Assembly: GCF_044704955.1 (NCBI RefSeq)
Contig: NC_091984.1
Span: 144,026,001 to 144,090,000, forward strand
From: Pristiophorus japonicus
Lineage: Eukaryota
Reading direction: 5' to 3'
Length of the DNA: 64,000 nucleotides
Made by a program: the position numbers and the translations under genes. Under the pieces are notes generated by a model. It ran no database searches, was not told the origin of the DNA, and saw nothing but the letters and a program-made list of their open reading frames with translations. Positions 1 to 10,782 of this stretch are shown here, in pieces. Each line of letters opens with the position of its first letter. Positions within the stretch are counted from its first letter, which is position 1.

Positions 1-2756
1 TGTTGGTGAGGACTGGGACGATTTCGTTGAGAGGCTCCAGCAGAGCTTTTTCATGAAGGTCTGGCTGAGAGATGCAGCGGCTGACAAGCGAAGGGCGCAT
101 CTACTGACCAGCTGTGGACCTTAGACGTACGCGCTGATGAAAGACTTGCTCGCACCCGAGAAGCCGGTGGACAAAACCTTTGAAGAGCTCAGCAAACTGA
201 TCGGTGAGCACCTCAAACCGGCGAGCAGTATACACCGACACCAATTCGATACACACTGACGTCGGGAAGGACAGAGCATACCGGACTTCGTTGCGGACCT
301 TCGGCGCTCGGCCAGCCACAGTAAGTTCACAGACGCCTGCAGTGGTGACATGTTAAGGGATTTCTTTATTGAGGGCATTGGTCAGGTCGGGATTTTCAGA
401 CAGCTAATTGAGACCAAGGACTTGACCTTGGAAGCGGTGGCGTTCATGGCTCAGACCTTCATGGCGGGGGAGGAGGAAACCAAGACAACTCTGCTTCCAA
501 TGAGGCAATGGATCAGGGAGTTAACATTGTAAACGCGACTCAGAATCCCGCAGGCAGGCAAGGGCAATTCAACACCACTCAGGCAGCAACAGACTCTAGA
601 GTGGGTCCTCAACAGAGAGAATGGCAGGTTGAATGGACATTTACGCCATCACGGTGGACAATGCATCACGAGATGGGGCCATTGACACCCACTAAAAGAG
701 TGCTCAAGAGTAAACAAAGAGACAATCAGAGAGGAATGCCTGGTAACAGCCCTTTTGTTCACAACAATCTCAGCTCATGCTGGAGGTGCGGGGGCAGACT
801 TGCTGCAAAAACCTGTAGGTTTCAACAATTTATCTGTAGAAATTGTAACTTCAGTGGACATTTAGCCAGAATATGCAGGAAGCCTGCAGCGAGGCTAATT
901 TACGAGGCAGATGAACCAGAAGAGGGGTCTGCAAGGCAGGTTGATGCTTGGGACAAAGCTCATATACCAAAACGCCACCCATAATGATGAAAGTCCTATT
1001 AAACAGCATCCCCGGTACACATGGAGCAGGACAGAGGGGCCAGCCAGCCACTTAGGAGTGTCCAACAATTCGAGAAGTTATGGCCACTCCGAGCTAGCAG
1101 ACCCAAACTAGAACGCATTGACACGCAATTACGGATGTACACCAAAGAGATCATCCCAGTGCGAGGCAGTGCAATGTTGCTGGTCACACATAATGGATCA
1201 GAGAACCAGCTGCCACTCTGGAAAATGGTCCCGTGCTATTGCGGAGGAGCTGGCTAGCCGAGATGAACTGGAAATGGGGGGATGTGCACACCATTTCATC
1301 CGTGGAGCGAAGTTCATGCTCACAGGTCTACAGAACTTTGAGTCATGATTTCAACCCGGTGTCGGGACTTTCAAGGGTACCAAAGTAGTGATACGCATTA
1401 CCCCAGACGCCAGACCAGTGCACCACAAAGCCAGAGCTGTGCCGGATGTGATGCGTTAGAAAATTGAGAGCGAGTTGTACAGGTTGCTAAGAGAGGGCAT
1501 AATTATGCCCGTTGAATTCAGTGACTGGGCAAGCCCCATCGTCCCTGTCCTAAAAAAGGATGGCTCGGTCAGGATCTGTGGTGACTATAAGGCCACTATC
1601 AAACGAGTGGTTCTACAAGACCAATACCCGCTTCCGAGAGCGGAGGAACTTTTTGCCATTCTGGCAGGCAGCAAGCTGTTCACCAAGTTGGACCTCACTT
1701 CAGCCTACATGACCTAGGAACTGGCCAAACAATCCAAGCTACTGACAACCATCACCACGCACAAGGGGCTGTTTGTCTACAATAGGTGTCCATTTGGCAT
1801 TCAATCAGCAGCCACTTTCTTTCAAAGGAACATGGAAAGCCTGCTCAAATCCATCCCTGGAACAATCGTATTTCATGACGACATCCTTATCACGAGTCGA
1901 GACACCGAGGAACACCTCCACAACCTGGAGGAGGTGCTACGCCGACTGGAAAGAGTAGGCCTGCGACTAAAGAAGTCCAAGTGTCTGTTTTTGGTCCCAG
2001 AGGTCGAGTTTTTGGGCAGGATAGTTGCTGCAGACTGGATCCGGCCTACCGAAACCAAAGCGGAGGCGATTCGTCGTGCGCCCAGGCCCGGCAACACATC
2101 GGAGTTGCGTGCACTTCTGGGACTCTTGAACTATTTCGGGAACTTACTGTCGAACTTCAGCACATTGTTGGAGCTGCTACACATACTCCTGTGTAAGGGT
2201 TGAGATTGGTTTTGGGGGTCTGTCAGGAACGGGCTTTCAATCGAGCGCGGAACCTGCTTTGTTCAAATAAGCTGTTGACCCTGTACAAACCCTGTAAGAA
2301 ATTGGTTTTGACATGTGATGCACCATCCTATGGGGTTGGGTGCGTGTTACAGCAGAATAATGATGAGGGCCAACTCCAAGTTGTGGCTTATGCCTCCAGG
2401 TCGCTCTCCCAAGCAGAACGGGGATATGGGATGGTTGAAAAGGAAGCACTCGCATGTGTCTACGGGGTGAAAAAGATGCACCAGTACCTTTTTGGCAGAA
2501 GGTTTGAGTTAGAAGCGGACCACAAGCCGTTAACATCCCTGTTGTCAGACAACAAAGCTGTCAATGCCAATGTGTCAGCTCGCATACAGCGGTGGGCTCT
2601 CACGCTGGCTCCGTATGACTACACCATACGGCACCGGCCAGACACCGAAAATTGCGCTGACGCGCTCTGCAGGCTTCCACTGGCCACTACAGAGGGGGCA
2701 GCGGAGCAAAGTGCTGAGATAGTCATGGCCATTGATGCCTTTGACAGCGCAGGCTC
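1..2756 (+). mobile_element. Degenerate Ty3/Gypsy LTR retrotransposon (gag-pro-RT-RNase H), truncated before integrase
   Basis: Gag-like LRDFFIEGIG and zinc-knuckle remnants CWRCGG and CRNCNFSGHLARIC. RT motifs WASPIVPVLKKDGSVRICGDYK, KLDLTSAY and FHDDILI. RNase H motifs LTCDAPSYGVGCVL, EKEALAC and DHKPL. Many stops and frameshifts. Confidence 0.92.
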
Positions 2757-3628
2757 GCTGTTCTTTAACAGTTCAGTCAAATGTTTGGGTAATGGTGGGA
2801 TATAGTATCCAACACGCGAGATGTATCCCTCGAGGTTCGTAACGTATCATTGACTGTAATATAGATATGTTTGTTGTCTGAGATAGGAATTATTCTTTCT
2901 TGTGCTAACTGTGCCTCTACCTGGGGTTTGAAACAAAAGGAAGAATCTGTCAGCATTTTAGGGAGAGGTTTTAATCTGCTTGCGATCAGTTCGGTCGCAT
3001 TTACTGCCTTTGGTCAAGGTCACACAGGAATCAAAACCCTGCGTCCAATTCATTCCTGACCCGAAATCCTTCATTGTCATTTAAAAACAATCCCCACACC
3101 TCCCCTGCACTTGTGGCTAGATCCAACCACACAGACATAAATCCCTTGTTCCGCCATCCACCACTTTTCCCAACACAATTTCACCCCTTCTCTTGTTCCT
3201 GTGCTCCACCTGTTTGAGTTATTACCCAGTTTCTCCCATTCTGTGGATGCATTAACTTTTCCCCTGCCTGTTTTCTGTAACCACCACCACCCTCCCATGG
3301 GGGCAATCCCTTTACATTCCAGACAAACTCGTCTCCCCTCTCTCACCCGTACATTCCTGGTCGTGATGTTTACGCTGGGGCAGGACACTGACACCTCCCC
3401 AAGTTTACCCTCGGTTTGTCTGGAGTACTTGGTCGAATTTGACCCTAACCACCCTGGCCAGCTCCCAGTGTGAGCAGAGGCGTTTGTGCCCTTGTTGCTC
3501 CGTATGGCTCCCCCTTGAGTTACAGTGGGGCCGGTTCCTCCCATACACCCGTGTGTAAGGAATGTCTCGGTGTCTCCCCGATCTCCCAATCCTTTAATAA
3601 TAATGGCCATCCACAGGCCTATCCACAA
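2757..3628 (-). pseudogene. env-like/accessory glycoprotein gene remnant of ERV-like element 1, with a putative Ig-fold domain
   Basis: ORF 3077-3628 has a hydrophobic N-terminus (WIGLWMAIIIKGLG), five N-X-S/T sequons and the pattern VRVREGRRVCLEC...WWWLQK...EQGIYVCVV. Frameshifted continuation to about 2757 (MNWTQGFDSC; AVNATEL...SSFCFKPQ...VNDTL) adds more sequons. It lies directly 3' of integrase behind a pyrimidine tract. Confidence 0.6.
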
Positions 3629-3853
3629 CGTCCACCTCCTCTCGTACCCTTGGCTCGATTCGCTCCAAGAAAGACAAAAATGAAAGAAATACCTTTGCTC
3701 TGTGGGGCCTCCCCCTCACAGATCCTCCTTCAGTTATTCACAGATGTACATAACTCCTTTTTACAATCACTGCTTCCCTCTCCTTTTATCCCGATGCTTG
3801 GGCTTACAGAGGCTCGGGGGTGGAGATGGAGGAGGTGTCCAGGGCACCCTAGG

Positions 3854-6800
3854 TCACAGTACCTGACCACTCCACCTTACTGCTCCGTCCCTTACTTCTC
3901 CATCCTCATCATCCCACAGTATTGGTGGGAGGCTTACACTGATCAAACTCATTATTGTTCCTGGGGCCTTCGCCCGCTTTTTACTTTTCTCTCCGGGGTT
4001 GTACAGCTTACACTGGTTTATATGGAACCATTTTATATGTTTTGGCAGCTGGATCGCGTACACCATAGGGCTTGCCTTGTCTACAATGCTATATGGTCCT
4101 TTGATCAATGGTTCAAATGCCCCTATTCTGGTATAATTCCTGACCATTACCTGATCCCCTACCCTCCATTCCTGTGTAACCCGGGGTTCCAGCAGCAGTT
4201 TATTCTGCTGGTGCTGCCTGCCCATATTGTGAGCTTCTTCCCAATGCAGCCCCTTCAGAGTACCATACAGATCTCTGACAAACCTGTCCCGTGTGATCTC
4301 TTTAACCTGCGTTTCAGTCAGGACTGGTGCTAGGATATGGGTCGGGGTCATCATTAGTCTCCCTGTCATCATGGCATGTGGGGAGTGTCCCGTACTCTGA
4401 GAGAGACTGGCTCAGTGGTTCATCAGTATTCGGGGTCGGGTCTCACCCCATTTCTTCGGGGTATCTCCTTTCTCCTTCCTAAGCCTCTCTTTTAAGGTCC
4501 GGTTTGTCCTCTACTGGATCTAACGATTGGGGATTATACGTCACATGCCATTTCCCCTGTATCCCTAACAGCTTTAGGGTGGCCTGCATTACTGCTCCGG
4601 TGAAATGACTCCCTTGATCTGATTCCACTATCAGGGGCAGTCCCCATTGAGAAAATACGTCTAGCACCAGAACCTTTGCTGTGACTATCGCGGTGGCCCC
4701 GACATGGAAAAGCTTCAACCCATTTTGTAAAGAGATGTATTAACACCAAGCAATATTTATTGCCTCTGCCTGAGGTGGGCAGTGGCCCAATCGAATCTAT
4801 CTGTATAGACTGCCATGGCCCCTCTACCCCCCTCGTGTGTCCCAACGGAGCCTTCCTCGGTGGGGGTCTGGATTGTTTGTGGCACATACCAGACAATTCT
4901 GGCAATAATCCCTGACATCACTTCTAAGCCCGGGCCACCATCCCATGGCTTCTACTTTATTCCACATTGTTTCTGGCCCTGGATGTCCAGCTCCTGGACC
5001 CACATGCACCAGCTGCAAGAATTCTTCCCTGCATTGCCCTGGCACGATCCAACTATCTTCCTTGAACAACATTCCTTGCTTTACTGCTCTGTCTGCAGCT
5101 CCCAAAGGTCCCGCTACAGACTTCCCATCTATCTTGTCCCTAATCGCTGCTCTAAGGTCAGCATCCCGTAGCTGAGCCTGTTTTAAATCAGGCGGCAATG
5201 GTACTTCTTTGGGCCCCTCTCTGCCTGTTACAGCCATGATCTGTCCACAGTGACATGGGTCCCAAGGTGTCCCTTCTCCTGCCCCTGTTTTAGCCAGTGT
5301 GTCTGCTTTCTCATTGCCTTCCCACTTGGGCTCTATCTTAGAGTGTGCTTTGACCTTTTGGATATAGTAACCCTTCTGGTCCGTACCCGTGACATCCAAA
5401 ATGACTTTTAACAATGGAACCATCACCAACCATTTTCCATCTGAGGACTTAAACCCTCGCCTCGCCAATATGGCTAAATACTCTGTACAGGAGTTAGAAA
5501 TGAACATGGAGTCTGAACATATCGTATAGGGAGTTGGGAATTCGTTCGGGTGTGTGACTACATACGCTACTGCTGCTAGCTCGGTCTGCTGCGTACTTAA
5601 AGTGTTGGGGATTTTATGGCTTTCTCTATCCCTGTCTCAGGATCGTAAGTCCCACAGCCTGTCTTTCTCTCTCTGTTTATGACTGAACTGGACTCATCTA
5701 CATAGACGTCCCTGCCTGCCGGGTGATCTCCTGCTCAGAATCCCACATCTACATCCCACACTCCTTCCACTGAACACACATGAGCTGCCCCCGGATAAAC
5801 CAGGCTCGGGGCGAGCTTTGGTTCTCCTGGCCTCTCGACCTTCAGGTCTAACTGAGTCAGCAACAATGTCCAGCGGGCAATCCTGTTACTGCTCACTGTC
5901 CCACCTTTCATTCTACCATCCAATAACATTTGTGTTGTGGTGTGACAGGTCAGTAAAGTTACTGTAGCTAACCCTGTGAGCGACCGAAAATGCTTCACTG
6001 CCCAACATATTACTAACAGATGTCGTTTGCAATTCGAAAAGCTCTTTTCTACTTCTTTAAGAACTCGGGAGACGTAGGCCACCGGTCTCAGCTTGCTGTG
6101 TCGCTCCTGGAGTAACACTGCACTCAAACTGTCCCCAGTCATTGCTACCTCCAGACTAAAGTCCTGGTCCCCATTAACTGCTCCCGATGCTGGTGCTGTC
6201 TGTAACACCTCTTTTAACCAAATGAAAGTTTCCTGACAACTCTCACTCCATTCCCACTCTACTCCTTTCCGAAGAAGCCTCAACAAAGGAGCTGCCATGG
6301 TTACATATCCCTTTATGAATTCCCTGCAGTAACCCGTTATTCCCAGGAAAGACCTTACTCCAGACACGTCCTTAGGAACAGGTAGTTCCTGGACTGACTT
6401 TCTCTTAGCTCGATCTATGGCCCTTTCTCCTGCCCCAATGGTCAAACCTAGAAACTGCACCTCCTCTTTGCCTATTTGAGCTTTCTGGAGATTTACTTTA
6501 AAACCTGCTTCTTTCAACAAATGCAGTAACTCACTCAATAATGGCCCGTGGTCCTCCGCACTTTCGGAGAATAACAACAGGTCGCCCACGTATTGGACCA
6601 ACCGATCTGGCTGACTAAAACCGTTTAATGCCTCGGTCATACTCTGGTGAAAGATCGAGGGACTGTTGTGAAACCCTTGTGGAAGACATGTCCACATATA
6701 CTGCTGACCTTTAAAGGTAAAGGTAGATTTATACTGGTCCTCCCGTCTCAGGGGAATGGACCAAAACCCGTTTGAAATGTCCAGCACGGTGAAAGTTGTT

Positions 6801-7660
6801 GTGGCCGCAGGGATACTCCCGATCAAATCCGCTACCACTGCTACCGTGGGCGCACAGGCTGGAATATTTTTATTCAGGATTCGGTCATCTACCGTGGCCC
6901 TCCATGAATTATCGGGCTTCTTTACTGGCCATAGGGGTGAGTTTACATGTGTGGCTATGGTCCTCAACACACCTTGATCCACCAGGGAATTTATAGCAGT
7001 TTCCAAATCCCTTTCTGCTTCCCGGAGAAAATTATACTGTTTCTGGGGTCGTGTCATCGAATCCCCATCTATCTTCACCTCTACCCTAGATGCTATCCTG
7101 CAATCGGGCTTGTGCATTGCAAACGCATCCATATTCTCCCGTACATACCCTTGATGCTGGGCCGGAATGTTATCGACTAATCGTTCTCAGTCATAACTCT
7201 CTTTCGGCTTCATCGTGCAGGTGCTGCCTTTGTCTGTACTGTCCCTGGGAATCACTACGATCTCTCCCATCTTATCTGCATCAACTGCCCCCCATAGACA
7301 ATTGTTTTCCATATCCACTGTGGTGTGGTGTGCCAACATGTAGTCGGCCCCGAGAACTCCCGAACCGGGCTGTTCCCACTTCATTAAAATGCCCTCCCAT
7401 TTCATTATGTTCGGCCCTAACTCTATGGTTAAGGGTTTCCACACTGCCCCAGCCTGCTCATTACCCGTAAAACCCACCAGTGTAAATGGTACTCCGCTCA
7501 ACCACGGGGAAGTGGTCGGATTCGGTGAGTGGACAACCGTGCTAGAGGCTTCTGTATCTACTGGATCCCTTCCCCTAACTGTTTCCACCTTCACATCCAC
7601 ACATGGCCTGCCCCACCCATCATATATGAGCAGACACAGGTATTCTGGCTGGGTGCACCG
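3854..7660 (-). pseudogene. pol: pro-pol of ERV-like element 1 (protease, RT, tether RNase H, RNase H, integrase), frameshifted
   Basis: ORF 7187-7600 (VDTEAS, mutated protease site). ORF 5735-7132 (RT plus tether). RNase H VYVDESS at about 5700 and KVKAHS...GNEKADTLAK. Integrase HVGPGAGHPG...[24 protein letters not shown] and FEPLIKGPY. Confidence 0.9.
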
Positions 7661-9261
7661 TCACAGTGGGGGTGCCGACACATTGGGTCCCTTTTCTCCC
7701 ACTGCTGCGTCCAGCTTTCCTCCACCCATGCCCATAACCTGCTGTAATGCGGCCACTAAAACCTGCACTGGGTCGTCGGCTACCTTCTTCTGGTCTTTTC
7801 CTGCCTCAGCACCTCGTACCCTGGCTTCCCTCCTTTAGAGAGCCTACAATCCTTGCTCCAGTGTCCCAACTTCCCACAGTTAAAACATTCACCTTTCGAT
7901 CGACCCGCATTACCTCCCTCTTGTCTCCATTCTTTCTATGGCCTAACCTCTCCTTTTACTTCGTGCACCTTCCCGTTTAGTTTCTCCTCCTCCCCTTGCC
8001 TAGACTTAAAGCGAGAGTTCATCTTCTCAGCACCCCTGCCTCTGTATTCTGGAGATGGTCTGGGTCAAACCATGCTTCAACCTTTGCTCTGAGCCATGGC
8101 AAACTGTTACCATTACGGTTCTCAGCCAATGGTTCCTGGGTTCCCCTATTAAATCTGCCCACACCAGATTTCCTCCAGCAGCCCTGAAATAAATCGCCCA
8201 CAGTCTGTCTGCAAACGTATCGGGTGATTCGTTTACTTGCTGCCTAGTCTGTTCTACCTGCCAGAACGGACTACCCTGACTGTACCCGAGCACTGCCATC
8301 ATTTCCTCCTTTAAGCCCTGTGGGGTTCCTGCACCTAACTTGGTGGCTGTCGACAAGCTCTGATAAAGCTTCCCCTCCAGCGAGAGCAGTGTTAGCTTCA
8401 CTTTCTCCTCCTCGCTGCAGTTATTGATACCCGCTATCTGCTCTATATTAGTAAAATGAACAGAGGCATCTCCTCCTTGCTTTAACTGTACTACACCCGT
8501 CAGCATCTCCTGCAGCTGAAGCGGTGTGTATGGGATCACTAGTCGCTCTGTAATGGTGCCGGACCACCATTTGGGGGGGTGGGCCGAATTTCTGCTGTCT
8601 CAAAGGACACATCGGTTTCAGGGGTCCCGGTGCCTCGGGAGCCGGCCGATGCTCGCTATACTCGGGCCCATCATCTGACTCTTTCCCCTCTGGATCCCAA
8701 TCTTCCTCGCCGGTTCCGGGTGCCCTGAGACAAACCATCCCTTTGGTCCCGTCTAACTCTGCCGTTAATTGGTGGATCTTTTCCTTACAAGGTCCGTGAT
8801 CTGCTCTCGCATAACCCTGTTTCTGAGCTACCTGATAGGCTATCGACTCTCCTGACCTGGTCCTCTGCCTCTTTGGCTCTTTCTAAATGCCTTTCACTTT
8901 GTTCAATGTGGGTCTGCTGCTGCTTTTTGCACTCGGTCACCTGGCATTGTAAATACTCAAAGTGATTCCGTGCCGTTTCTTCCTTCCTACTCTGGTCCTG
9001 CCTTTCCTTCTCCAAACTGCCTACCTCACCCTTTAACCCTTTATTCTCCTCCTCCAGCTTTCCTACCCTTTCTCTTAACAGTTGTGTCTGCTTCTGCAGG
9101 CACATGAGCCAAACCGCCTTCTCTTTTGACCCTTTGTGGTTACTACTGACTGTCCACTCTGCCGCTTTTTCTTGCGGATCCCCAGAATGCAGCATTTCCC
9201 GTGCCCATGGCTCTGAAATGTCCAATTTGTTGCCTATATATGCAGCTACCTTAGCCTCCAT
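7661..9261 (-). pseudogene. gag: gag of ERV-like element 1
   Basis: N-terminal coiled-coil ORF 8785-9261, proline-rich PMCPLRQQKFGPPP, capsid-like QQVNESPDTFADRL and zinc knuckle CFNCGKLGHWSKDC (about 7846-7887). Ends at TGA 7661-7663. Confidence 0.8.
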
Positions 9262-10099
9262 GGACTACCTACGACTGCTCTAGCCATGGGCTCTACCGCG
9301 TTTTGCTGCGGTGAGTCCATTTCCAGTGCCTCTGGCTGAGAAATTCTCCCTGACTACCTTGGTGTCCCCTGAGACCACCTCGCAGTGACCTGCGGTTCCT
9401 GTTACTCTGGCTTCTCTCTGTGGCTACCATAGTCGACCCGAGACTACTCCGGCCTGTCAGAGACTTTCTCTCCTGGTCCTCTAGTCGCCCTTGAGATCAC
9501 CCTTGGCCTCCCTGAGACTATCAGCGACTACTATTGACTTTTCTCTGTGACCACCCCAGTCAACCGAGATTACTCCAGACTATCCGAGACTGTTTCTCTC
9601 CTCAGGCTGCCCTGGCCGCCTGTGAGATTATCCCTGGCCTCCCTGAGACCCCTGTGCAGACTACCTGCGATTACTTCTCCCAGTGGCTGCCCTAGTCAGC
9701 CGGAGCTCTTCGGCTACCCTGGTCCCCCTTGAGATTCCCTTGGTCTCCCTGAGACCCCTTCGCAGACTACCTGCGGCTTTCTCGGTGGCTACTTTAGTCA
9801 ACCCGGGATTACTCCAGCCTAGCCAAGACTGTTCCTTCCTCTGCTGGCTGCCCTAGCTGCCCTTGAGAGTACAATGGTCTCCCTCAGACCACTGAGCAAC
9901 TACCTGAGACTTCTTTTCTCAGTGGCTACCCTAATCGACGGAGACGACTCAAGCCTATCAGACCCTGTTACTCTTCTGGTCACCCTAGCCGCCCTTGAGA
10001 AGATCCTTTTCGACTACCTTATCCGACCTTAGACATATCCAAGCCTCCCTCAGGGTTTTTGCCCTGGTATGTGTCCGTGATACTATTCCCAAAGCCGAG

Positions 10100-10117
10100 G
10101 TCCTGCCGCGGTCACCA
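10100..10117 (-). promoter_or_regulatory. Primer-binding site of ERV-like element 1 (tRNA-Ser-like)
   Basis: Minus strand TGGTGACCGCGGCAGGAC directly after the LTR end (...CCTACAGAAA). Matches the element 2 PBS at 17 of 18 positions. Confidence 0.8.
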
Positions 10118-10118
10118 A

Positions 10119-10782
10119 TTTCTGTAGGTAGTTTGTTTTTCACTCTACTCTGATTCTTAGACCTGGGAACTTGTAGTGGGAAAGGACAACACGTGGCACA
10201 ACATTTAGGCTTCACCCAGTGTCAGTTTTATTGTGCACAAAACCGTCAAAAACTATAGGACTAGACTTCTGAGAGAAATCGACTGAAACAATACAATTGC
10301 CCTTCCTGGCTGTAGCTATTGTAGGTTTGTGGTCATTGGTTCCGTGACCGGTTGGTTCTTCTTCTGGCCGTTCTCTGCAGTGCTGTTCCTTCTGTGTACG
10401 TTCCGTACAACATGTCTTTCCGTCCGTTTGTTTGTTTGTTCTTTCGACCTGTGTCCATCTGTACATGTGTCCTTCTACTTCTCCTGTGTGCTTCTTCTTC
10501 CGTCTGTTCCTGTCCTTCTTCCATCTCCTGCTGAGCTGCTTCTAGCTCACATATTTATATCCAGGTTATGACTGATCTCCCGCCACTGCGGTTTCTGATA
10601 AAGTGCATCAATACATTGTTTTGTGGTCCCCTTGGTTGATTGATTACAATAATGAACTCGTCTGTTTTCCCATTTGCACACTGAGTCTGCAAGGCTCAAG
10701 TTGATTTCTCATCTTAACACCTCATCCTAAAAAATGTGCAACTGTTGTGGTTCCTTTGTTGTCAGGTCCTTTTACATACCTG
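10119..10782 (-). repeat. 3' portion of the 5' LTR of ERV-like element 1
   Basis: Minus-strand TATA (GGATATAAAT, about 10554-10563) and AATAAA (about 10227-10232). Terminal CCTACAGA is shared with the element 2 LTR end. Probably continues beyond the Harbinger insertion (13676 to about 13830-13890). Confidence 0.65.

Noticed and set aside
3470-4333. 287-aa plus-strand ORF
   Set aside because: Antisense shadow of the ERV integrase and env-like region with no recognisable motifs.
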